In this document: positions 20,801 through 32,800 of the stretch, in pieces
Position numbering within the stretch: position 1 is the first letter of the stretch
Layout: the number at the start of each line of letters is the position of its first letter
Virus record (IMG/VR): IMGVR_UViG_3300008954_000007
Strand: one strand, 5' to 3'
Length of the DNA: 64,000 bases
DNA from: a virus
Translations under genes and position numbers: made by a program
The notes under the pieces: model-generated
Told to the model about the DNA's origin: nothing
The model's database searches: none
Seen by the model: the letters and a program-made list of their open reading frames with translations, nothing else

Positions 20801-23800
20801 TACTGGAACTGGAGATAACCCCATCTGGCATGGGATTCCCATTAGGGGTTTCACTAATGACCCTGAAGATATAAATATAGCTCAATCTAATGTACCTGGT
20901 AGTTTAGAGTTAATAACCCCTTATGCGATTAAAGAGTTTTCTAACACCTATAGTAAGACTTCTATAGGTAGTGAAAGAATTGATAATGTTGGGTTTGCCA
21001 AAGATGATCCATTGAGTGGTCAAGTTCTTGTCTATAGTGAAACTAGTGGCAATTGGGAGAATAAGTCTTTTGCATCTACTACTAGTACTCAAATAATAGT
21101 TGAAGATGGAACTTTAGATCTTTTTATAAAAGAAGAGCAAATAAAGAACAATCATATAGCTCCAGATGCAGAAATCGAAGATAGTAAATTAGAATTAATT
21201 TCTTCAGCTAATAAAGTAAGTGCTAGTGCCTTTCCAATAGATACAGATACTGGATTATCAACTGTATTAATAGGGGAAGGGGATGATCGTTTTATTGAAG
21301 GGGAAGTTTTGTATGAGTTGTCTTTAGACAACACCCAAATGGCTGGATATGGACTGCAGTTCAAGTCAGCAGAAAAAGAATTAGAAGTTATTACAGATTA
21401 CACCAAATCTAATTATACAAGTCTTCCTGGTGCTGGATCTGATTTATGGTGGAACAACATCTCTAGATTAACTACTACGTTGTCAGCTAGTTCTTTCTTA
21501 GTACATAAGGATGATGGTGTAGGGGAAAATGTAAATCAGGATGGTCATAGTTATGGTGGTAACATTTATCTTCCACACAGAGAATTAAATGAGCCATTTA
21601 GGTCTTCAGCTTATAACGATAATGGTGATCAATATTATTATGATAATGATCCATTTGGACAAATAAGAGTATTAAAGCCATCTCCAGAATTTGATTACAG
21701 TGATTATATTTATCGTAAAAAACAAGCTCTTGAGGGATCAGAACATCCTTGGGGTCAAAAATATGATCGAAACAATAATAGTCTTTTAGATATAACTGAA
21801 GAAGGTTATTTATTTGATAATTCTGAACCCTTTCAGATTACTAAAGATTATGTGGATGAAGACTTTATAGATCAAAAATTAACTTTTGATACTACGTTGG
21901 GCGTAAATAGAATAGCAGTTACTGAATTATCTTTTTATACAGCAGCAGGGAATGTAGATTCATATGATGATATTACGTACTTAGGAACTCAAGCAGGTGG
22001 GTGGTCAACTGTTAATGGGATTAAGACAGGGGTTACTGATGAAGCTCAAATTAACATGGAGAACCCATCTCAGTTTTTATTAGCCTCAGAGTCTGCTATT
22101 GTTAATTTAATAACAGACCAAATGAATGTTGCTAATGAAATATTTGAACAAAGAGATGCCAAAATTTTTAGGGATGATGAATCTTTTTATCAGTACACCA
22201 TAGAAGAGTCCAAAGCTATGCTTTCCCCACTATCAGATGGGGATTTGCTTATGTTTAGAGAAGGGTTGGAGAAAGATGTATTGGGTGCAGTTACAACCTT
22301 ATCTCCTGGTAAATGGGTCAACTATAAAGTTGCTGAAGATAGTCATATTATTTTTGATGTTGATGAGAATCCAGATGCTTACTACCTGCTAGAATATGCT
22401 CAGTGGCTAGAAGACAGAAGAGATCCACTTGGATATTGGACTTATGGGTTTGAAGACCCCAACTATACAACTGAATATCAAAACTGGATAAATACTGGAA
22501 GTGATGGTAATCCACCAGAAAGATGGTGGGTTGAGAACAAATGGGTTCAACAGGCAGAAGATCCATCTACTGGAATTTCCTGGCCTGTAGAGCAAATTAC
22601 TGAGAATCTATATCCTAATTTAACATCTTCTGAAAGAAGACAAATTAGTGATGATAGTTATGAAAACAGACAGTATTTTCAAGAAGAAAACCCTTCAGAA
22701 TTAAGATCACCCTATTTCACTTCAGAAGAATACTTAGATCTTTTCTATACTGCTGCAGGTGGTGCTCAGTTTACATTTTATTTAGATAGTTCAAATGCAC
22801 CTAGTGAGGTAAGTTTCCCTATTGGTGTTCTTAGTAAAGGTTCTACTATTACCCCTACAGAGATAACTTATGTAAATCTTGAAACTGGTGTAATCACAGG
22901 ATCTTATGATTATCGTCAGTATGTCTTCCCTAATCCAGGTATACATTTAAATTTAAGAGATCTATCTATTACTAATGATGCTATAGCTGTCAATGCTGAA
23001 ATAGCAGACTATAAGTTGGCAGACATTAGTACACCAGATAAGGTTCTTGGAACTGCAGTTCAACTCCATCCATATACTGCACTTGAAAATTATATTATTG
23101 AAGAAGCCTTAAGCCCAGGCTCTAGTTTAGCTCAAGCTGGATACTCTTACGAAGAGGGTGGGTTAAATAGTGTTGGTTTAAGAATCAAATCAAGCTTTGC
23201 TGGTCAGGGTTTAGAGATGACAGAAGATAACATTATGAATATCTCTGCATCTTTAGCCCATGTTACAGAGTTGGGAACTCTAACTATTGGTAATTGGCAA
23301 GCAGATCCAATTGAAATGGAGTTTATTGAGGATATAGATCAGTCTTTATTATCATCATCAACACCATCATTTGCAGGTATACGCTTGGGGTCAGTTGCTG
23401 GTGGATATCATACTATTAGTAAGTTCGATGATGATGGTCAGTTAGGTGGTCAAGTAGATGAAAACCATTTAGGTGATGGGTTTTTACCTACTCAAAAAGC
23501 TGTTAGACTATTCTTTGACCAGAGGTCAGACCAAGACTTAAAGACAACAGATTCAGTGACATTTACTGGATTACAGATAGATGTTTCATCTCCTGTAGAA
23601 ATAAAACATATCTTTGATGATATGTCTTTAACAGATGAGGGAAATACAGGTTATTTGAGTGAGTCTTTAGCAACTCAAGGGTCTATTAAAGCATATGTAG
23701 ACTTAAAATCTGGTGATGCAGCAGATGCTGTAATCTTAAGTGGTTTACAAGACACAAGTATTCAGGCTCCAGTTGTTGGTCAAATGTTGATGTATCAAGA

Positions 23801-26800
23801 GCTTGCTCTTGGTCTTGGGGAAAATAACCCTAAGCGTTGGGTAAATATAAATATAGGTACTGATAATAGTGATATAGAAGTAGATGAAACAAATAGTTTC
23901 ATATTGAGATCCAATGCTGTATCTAATATAAACATTGTTCCAGGAGCAGGTATATCTGACTCTAAACTAGAGCAAATTACTACTCCTGGTAAAGTCTCTG
24001 GTACAGCAATTCAACTATCTACATTTTCTTCATTAACCACTAGGCTAGAAGAGGGTGGTGCTTTAGAGATAAGCCATAATTTAGTAGGAACTCAAACAGT
24101 AACTGGATTAGATTTTTGGCATATAGATGAAGATGGTAATGAAGAGTTAGTTTCTCAAGGATCAGGTGCATCGTTAGATTTACCTAGACAAGAAATTAGG
24201 CTGAATACAGAGAGCATAGAGTGGCAAGGGAATAAATTTAAACTTTCCCACATGGATGCTACTTTCACTAATCAAGCCCTAAGAACACAAGATGAAGTAG
24301 GGTTTCAATCAGTAGATGCCAGTAGCATTTCAGTTACTAATAATATGACTATTGGTGGAACATTAGAGGTGGGTGATGAGCTTACTGTAGATAGTGATGT
24401 TACGATTACTGGTGATTTAGTAGTTCAGGGAGATGGTTCTCAAGTTGAATTAGAAGTAACTCATTTATTTGTAGATGATTCTAGGGTCATGTTTGGAACT
24501 GACCCTACAGAAGGGCCAAACAATGGTGTGGGATTTTATGGGTTATATGGTGGTTCTTCTGCTCAATCTGAAGTCTCTACAGTTGGTCTTGTGTATGGGG
24601 AATCAATTTATGCCACAAATGGAAATCATGGGGATATTTTTTACCTATTTGACACTAACAATGACATTGGAGTTGCTCCTAGTTGGAATTTAAATTTAAT
24701 CGCTAATAATCTCAGTACAATAACAAGCAATAGGGCTACTTTAAGTGCCAATATTATTGGGAACATTCTCACTGAAGTACAAGAGTTTAATGAGATTAAC
24801 CCATCAGATGGAAATGATATTGACATTAATGAATTAAGGGTAACCAGTATTAGTACTGGTGTTGATCCAAGAATCACTATAGCTCCAAAGGCATCTGGTA
24901 TAGCCTTAGTAGTTGGAAATCAACTTGCAAGATATGAAGGAACTTGGAGTGGAGAACTAATACAAAGAGAATATCTTGAAGGAATGAGTGAAGATTCAGT
25001 AGCTGAGTTTAAAAAGCTAGTTCTTGATCATCAAGAAGGTGGAGTATATGACTCTAGTTTCCAACTTAGGGGCGTAGAGATTAATGAAATATCTAAATCT
25101 GGAATTTGGAATTCACATGAATCCACGCAATTTGGATATGGAAATGACATCACTACTGTTACATCTTCTGTGCCTTTAGATATAGAAGAGTTAGCTGAAT
25201 TTGTTCATTTACACTTAAGAGAAACAGGATCATTTTATTATACAGATTATGCAAATATTGGTTCATCTGATGACTTTAGTGATGGAGATATTAAACAACA
25301 TGAATACTTATCAGGTTCAGATCCTGTTAATTTAGATGATGAATTAGTTACTAAAGGGATGTTGGTTGAGTTTTTAAATAATATTAGTATTAATAATTTA
25401 GTTGATGTTGTTACTCATGAAAAACATATTGATTATAATCAAATTAGTAGCACTAATTATACATCTAATATTAGGTGGAGAGCTTTAAACAATGCAGAAC
25501 CTTTCACTTTAAATGAATTTAATGTTGGTGGTGGAGATTTTGATGCTAAAATTAAATCAGATGATAATTATAGTGATGATAGAGTAGAAAGCTTTGGTTC
25601 TGTTTTATTTTATGTGAATGTTGATCAACATGAGAGATACGATACCAATAATGAACAGGGTGATATGTATCCTAAATTTGATTATAAGGATAATATAAAA
25701 CATACTCACCCTACATTTTTTGGAAACCTAAATAAGAAATATAATGATAGTGGTGCTTGGATTCCTAGAAGAATCGAAGACATGGTGTGGAAAGGTAGTT
25801 GGCAAGGAGATCCTATATCCAATGATTATATTGGTGGAATTAATCAGGATTTATTAACTTCTTCATCAGTAGTTTTTCACGAATTAGAACTCTCAACTGC
25901 AGGTGGTTTTTCTCCATCTTTAACACTGCCAAGCACTAAGTCTGTTAATGATAAAGCTGTCATTAACAAGATAAATGATGATGTAATAGAATTAGGATCA
26001 AACCTAACTATAGACACATCAACTGGTGGATATGTAGAAGATAATTATTTAGTAACAGAGTCTGTGCTTAGAACTTATGTTCATGAAACATTAACAGAAG
26101 GTTCTGAATTAAAAGTTGAGGCAATGGGTGATGTTCAATTTGATTTAGATCATATTGACAACTTCAAACTTTGGGTTAGGTATTTAAATCAAGGTGAGAT
26201 TCATACTGAACAGCATAGAACTTATCCCCCTACGCATAATGCATATTTATACGCTAATTTTATAGTTAGTAGAGGGTCAATACCTGTTTTCTTTAAAGAG
26301 CAAGATGTTGATTTTGATCATGAATTAACAACACCTTCTTTAGGTGGTTTAAATCCAACTATTAGATCAATTTTATTTTCATCTAATAGTCAAATTAATT
26401 TTTCTTTACCTCAAAATGTAGTTCAATATTATGGTAAGACCTTAAGTAGTGGTATACCAAATGATCCCACTGGATTTGTTTCTGGAAATCGTGCTATTAC
26501 AGCCAATTATTCTTCTGCACCCCCCATTAATGTAGATTATACTGATGATCATAATTATGCTTCTGGAAGTTGGGATTTTGTACCTGTAGATGAAGATATA
26601 GAAAGGTTCAATAGTCTACACAATAGTATTTTCCCTAAAACTATTTCTGACATCAGGGATCATCTTGGGAATGTAGATGATGGAAATGGTGGTTGGATTG
26701 ATGGATCAGATGGTTCCATAGAAATAGTCTTAAGAGTAGTTGATTTAGATAAGGATTTATCTGGTGAGCCATCTGTACAGGATTTTATATCTGATGATGA

Positions 26801-29800
26801 GGCTCAGTTTGTAGTTAAATTTAATTCATTAGCTGATTGGTGGAACAGATTAATTTCTGTTGAAGCATCTGAATATGCAGGTGAGCAACCAGGTGATGTT
26901 TTTCAAGTTGATGGTTATGAGTCTTTTAGATGGAAATTACAAAGATCAATAGAGGGTTATCTTGATTCTCTTTTAGAAGATCCTAGTTTAACTATAGATA
27001 ACCAGAGTTCTTTAAATCAACAACGTGATATAAGGGCTAATGATAAAGACCTACTGTTGTTTGACTATGATTTAGTTTCTACTGCTACTGGAGAACAGGG
27101 AACATGGACTACTTCAACAGATTTATCTATAGATACTTTAAAACTATATGATTGGGAAAACACTAGAACAGAGGTAGTTCCTTCTGGCGATGAATTTATA
27201 AACATAGATACAGGAAGAACTTATTCATCAGACTATGTTAAATCAGAAAATATTGTTATAGATGGTGCAAATGTATCTCTTCACTTGGGGGAAAACGCTT
27301 ACTTCTATACAGTACAGGATTTACCAAGCTATCTTTTAGAAGAAGATGAAATAACAACTATAAGTAAAGTATCTAGAACTATAGAAAGATATAACAATAA
27401 CGATAAGACTTTAGTAACTGAAAAAGCAATTTTTGATCATATTAGGGAATCTCTTAATACTTTAGAGTTAAAAGATATAAACATTAAATATGATGTTTTT
27501 TCAATTCTTAACAACTACACTCATCCTAATAATAATCTTTCAGATAATAACCTTAGCTATTGGGAGTTAGATCATGTTGACTTCCAAAATGATACTGTTA
27601 AGGAAAGACCTAAGTTCACCATGATGGAAGTTAAGTCTGAGTGGGATAGTCATGTTGGAAATACCAATATAAAGCTTCCTGTTGGGCATCAGACTAATGG
27701 TGTAGATGCTAGTTCTAGTACTAATGAATACCATAGCCTTCAAGATTGGCAAAAATATGAGTTTAATGTATACACTCAGTTAACAGCAAGGGTTGATGAT
27801 TTTTATATTAGTGTACTTCAAAATAGTTGGAGTAGTCGTTATAGCTGGAGATCTCACTACACTGGATATAGTAAGGGAATGCCAGGGTATGATTGGTCAG
27901 ATTCATCAAGCTTCAGTGATATAGAAGCTTATATGCATGGGGAGAATGATGACAATCCAGGAGTCATTTCTTTTAATTATCTACCTCAGTCAATTAACAT
28001 TAAAGATAAAGATCTATCTCCTTTATCTCCAGTATATTCCTATAGGTATAATTATGGTAATAGTGCATATCCAGATTATAGAAGACTTGGTGGAATAAGT
28101 TTAGATCACATAGGTTTTCTTGATAAATATGCTCAAAAAGCTTATGTAGATCAGTCTAACTTAGACGATAACAACAATATTCAGTGGAATCAAGATGATC
28201 CTGATGGTAATGATGATGATTGGAAAGGATTATTTAGCAGTAGTCTTTTAAGATTAGGGGAAGACTTAGAACTACATAATAGTTTTTTAGAGGTAGATAC
28301 AAAAGAATACGATGATAACACTTATGCACGTTATAACAAGTTTAGAAGATCCCATGATGTATTAAAGGTTGACGTACATTCTTTAGTTAGTCCAACGTCT
28401 AGTCGTATAACCCAGGGATATTATGGTCATTCTGATGATCAGTTTTTATATGATGATGCATCCACCTATAGGGTTTCAGATGGAAGTGGTGGGTATGATT
28501 ATGATGTTGATTCTTTTGAATCAGGACTAGAGGTTGTTTCTTATAAATATAGTCCATATATTTATCATTATTCTGGCAGTGGTAATAGTTATAGGCGTAG
28601 GATTGGAGACAGTAATTCCCCAGGTGATTCATTAGGAGATGATGGAGTTGGATCTGCTGATTTTATTAGAACTTCCCCTAATCAACAACACCACCCTTTA
28701 GTAACATTCAATAGTATAGAAGTTAAAAACGATTTAATATTAGGTAGTCAAGAAAACACAGATTATGCAGATTACATTGCTGCTTCAGACCAAGCACAGT
28801 GGTTAATTGATAATGGTCTAACTGAGCCACCAGAGCCAACTGTTCCTTTATTGGGTTTATCTAGTAGTGGGGTTTTAACTGCACAAGAATATAGAGGAGT
28901 ATGGAGAGGAGATCCACTCAAACAGGAAGATTTAGATGACAGTTTTTTAGATCAAGATTTAACTACAGTTTCTTCACCTAATTTCTTAAAGATTGGTGTT
29001 GGGCCATTATGGAACCAAGCATCTACAAATTGGGCTAACTGGAGTTACTTATCTGAGTTTGGAATAGTAGCGCAAGGTGGAATTCTTGTAAGAAAAGATG
29101 TTGACGCAGGAACTGATAATGCACTAGTTGTTACAGAGGGTCTTAAAATAAAAGACATGACTAGTGGGTATGGGCTAACCTCTAATGGTGGCAATGTTTT
29201 AGGTGGCGAAAACATATTAAATCCAGAAGGATTCAGTGATGCTGTAAGTTTACCTTATACCATAGAGTACAATGATGAAGATACTGGAGAGTTAATAACA
29301 GAGAATCATACGTTTAGTGAGATTATTCCTACAATTAATTACATCACTAATAATCCTGACTTTTTCAATGTTTTTAATCCAAATTCAAATACATTTAAAG
29401 ACACTGAGTCTTTAGCCACAGTCTACGCTATAAAATCCTATATTGAAGCTAAAACAGGGATTTCTCCCAACTTGTCTGCACTAGGAGACACCTATTTTGT
29501 AGATTTAATGGAAGTTACAAGTTCTGGAGATGCTCTGTGGTTCCCTTTGTTTAATAAAGATAAAATAGTAGGTGGATCAGAAGGTGTTGGTAAGTGGGTA
29601 AATAGAAAATTTGGTGGTGACATTATACTATCAGACCCACACTTTGCACTAGAGGGTGGACTTGAACCCAAAACTGCAGAGTTTAAAATTGTAAACATAG
29701 ATGATGGTATTGTTCCTATTAACGAAGGTGCTTCAGGGCTAGAAGATGTCAATGGATTAAGAATAAAAACTGACATTGCTGGAGAAGGGCTATTGGTTGA

Positions 29801-32800
29801 TGCTTCATCATCAAGTACAAGTACCCCTGAAGAATATGCAAATTTTTTAGCTCTAGGAACACCTAATTATATGACAGTTAGGGTGGTTGAAGTTCCAGCA
29901 GGAATGATAAGAGCAACTGGAGAGTATGGTGATCCTGTAACAGATTTTGCTACTGGTAATGGAAGTTCTAGTGACTATGAGTTTGTATCTGGAAATGAAC
30001 AATGGTGGTATTTGTCTAGTTATGGATTCTTACCAGATGCTTTAAAAGAGTCAAATACTGGTGGTTTTTCTGTAGGTGATGTCATTACTATCCATACTAC
30101 AGATAGTAATTTTAATTTCTCAAGTACTGAGTATATTACACTTTTAGAATATTTTAGAGAAGCTTTTCAAGCACACTTTGGTGATCAAACTTCTAATGAT
30201 TTTATTTTAAATTTTAATTCTTCAGGTTTAATTTGGGAAGGAAGAGGGTTTACATTATCTGACGTTAGGAGTGGTCTTGAAGATGGTGATCAGTGGGTAG
30301 ATCAAGATTTAAAAACCACAGACGATGTGGAGTTCAAATCAATTGTTATTGATACTCAGACCTCTGTTAATACATTAACTATTAGTGATGGTAATATTAC
30401 TTTAGAAACTTATCATGATCCTATAGGGATTGGTAATGATTATCATAATTTTATAGATTTAAATGTTGATGGTGATGGTTATATTAAGTCTAATGGACTT
30501 CAAATATATGAAACAAGAACTCACCAACAACAACAAAATTCTTCTGCTACTATCACAAAAGAAGGTGCTTTAACAGCCTTATCAATTTCATCAGATAGTA
30601 TCACAACAGATGAATTAGCAGCAAGAGAGATTCAGAGTGATGGGAACTTATCTATTGGTAAAGATTTTAAAGTAGGATCTAACGTCAATATAACTTCTTA
30701 TTATGAGGAAGATCCCATAACAGATTCTTACACTAATTTAGTGAATTTTGAATCTTCTTCTGGACTAAACCTAAGAGATTTTTATTATGTAAATACTGAT
30801 GCTCAGGGTGATTTAACGATTAGGAGACAAGATAGGGAATTACTTGAAGCTCCTTTTATTGATGAAAGTCTTACAGGAGATCAGTTACTAGAAGAAGAGA
30901 AGAAGCATGAGAATCTTTTAGCAGAAGCAGGTCATACTGTTTTAGATACTAAGTCTTTAATTGTTAATACATCATTAATAAAATTATCTAGTAGAAATAT
31001 AACCATAGATGGTGAAGCACCATTTGGAAATATTGCTAATGATAATCATGATATTGGTTTTTATGCCAACTATAGAGATGCCTCTAGTGAAGTAGATAAA
31101 ATAACAGGTTTATTTAGGCAACATTCTGATGGATTAAACGAAGGAGAAGCAGGAAGAAGAAAGGGTGAATATTATCTTTTTGATGTTCCCAGGTTTGTTA
31201 GAGGATATAGGAAAACTAGGAAATATACTGAGAGATATAAGGCATATCAAACACTAGTAGAGTATATAAGTATATCTAGTAATTATCATGCAGATAGTAA
31301 CCCTAAAGGTCAGTCTGAAGGATACTATGTAAACCATTTTCACAGTATGTTTAAGCATCAACATATTGAAGGTGATGGTCAATATGAGCCTAATCCATAT
31401 TGGTATCCAGAGATATTGTTTGATTACACAACTAGAGCTTTATATACACCTTCCACTGATCCATCATCAGAAGGATTTGATGATACTTCTGGTATTTCTT
31501 GGTTTGTTGGTGAATGGACTCAATCTGGAAATTCAACTCAGTATCATGTAGATTTACCAACAATTAAAGATTATAACGATGGGATGGTATATGCAGGTAC
31601 AGCCTCTCCTTATGGATCTCATCAAGCTGAAAATACTTCTCTGAAGGATTATTTCGATGGACTTTTAAGTTGGAAAGATGCTTATGATCATAATAGTACA
31701 TTATCACCTATAGAAGTTGGGGGGGTTGTAGACTCTAGCCACCCTGATTGGATGGTTCCAGGATCAGAGGGGATAAACGCTATATATGAATATGATGAAT
31801 CACATTCTCTTTCTGAGAAAGATTCTGATAAAGCTTGGTTTGGATATGTTTTAGAGGATATGCCTGGTGAATTAGAGTATGAAGCATACAATGATCCTTA
31901 TGATCCAGCACCTTTAAGTGGGTATGATCTAACAGATATAGGTAATCCTGATAATACTCAAAGTGGAACACAGACTGCATCAGAAACACCAGCACCTAAT
32001 TCTTATTCAGAGTTTGATAATTTTAATGAGATTTTAGGCAAGGAGATATATACAGCGTTTGTTGGGGATTATGGTGTTGGTAGTCATATTTACAAGTGGT
32101 ATAGAAAGTCTGGAGAGGACATGGCTCCACCACAAGAATATGAATATATTGACACACCAGAAGGGAGACAATATTCCTATGAAGTAAACAGTACTGTAAG
32201 TATAGAAATGGCTTATTTAGATAGGCTTGAGGATGTAGAGGATGTAACAGGATATTGGGATACTCCTTATAGACGTGTTGATGGAAAAGACATAATAAAG
32301 TTTACCACAGAGTTTGGTAATTTTTTAAATACACCTAAAGTACAGTATAGGTATTCTCCAACTGAAGATTATCCTTTTGAAATAATAACTGGTAGTCCAC
32401 ATTTTTATATCTATCAAGAGCCAGACTATACTGATCATGATTTAGTGGGTAAGTACAGATATTTATGGTTAGTTAAAGGAGAGGGAGATCAAGCTGATAG
32501 AGTTACTACGTTAACGCCAGAAGAATTCTCAGAAATATATGGTGGAAATGTAAATAGTATTGTTCCTTTACTTAGGGAATTTACAGATGATAAATACAAC
32601 CCAAGAGATTTTCAATTAGCAAAATTAAATGCTGTTCTTTCAGAGGATTCTAAGTGGAAAGGACAAAAAATTGAATTTGAATACATAGATGAAGAGTTAA
32701 CTTCTAAAATTCAAGAGGCAGATACTCACAGAGGAAGATTAGACAATCCTCACAATGTAACATCTAATCAAATTCAAGATTTTGATGATAATGTTTCTGA

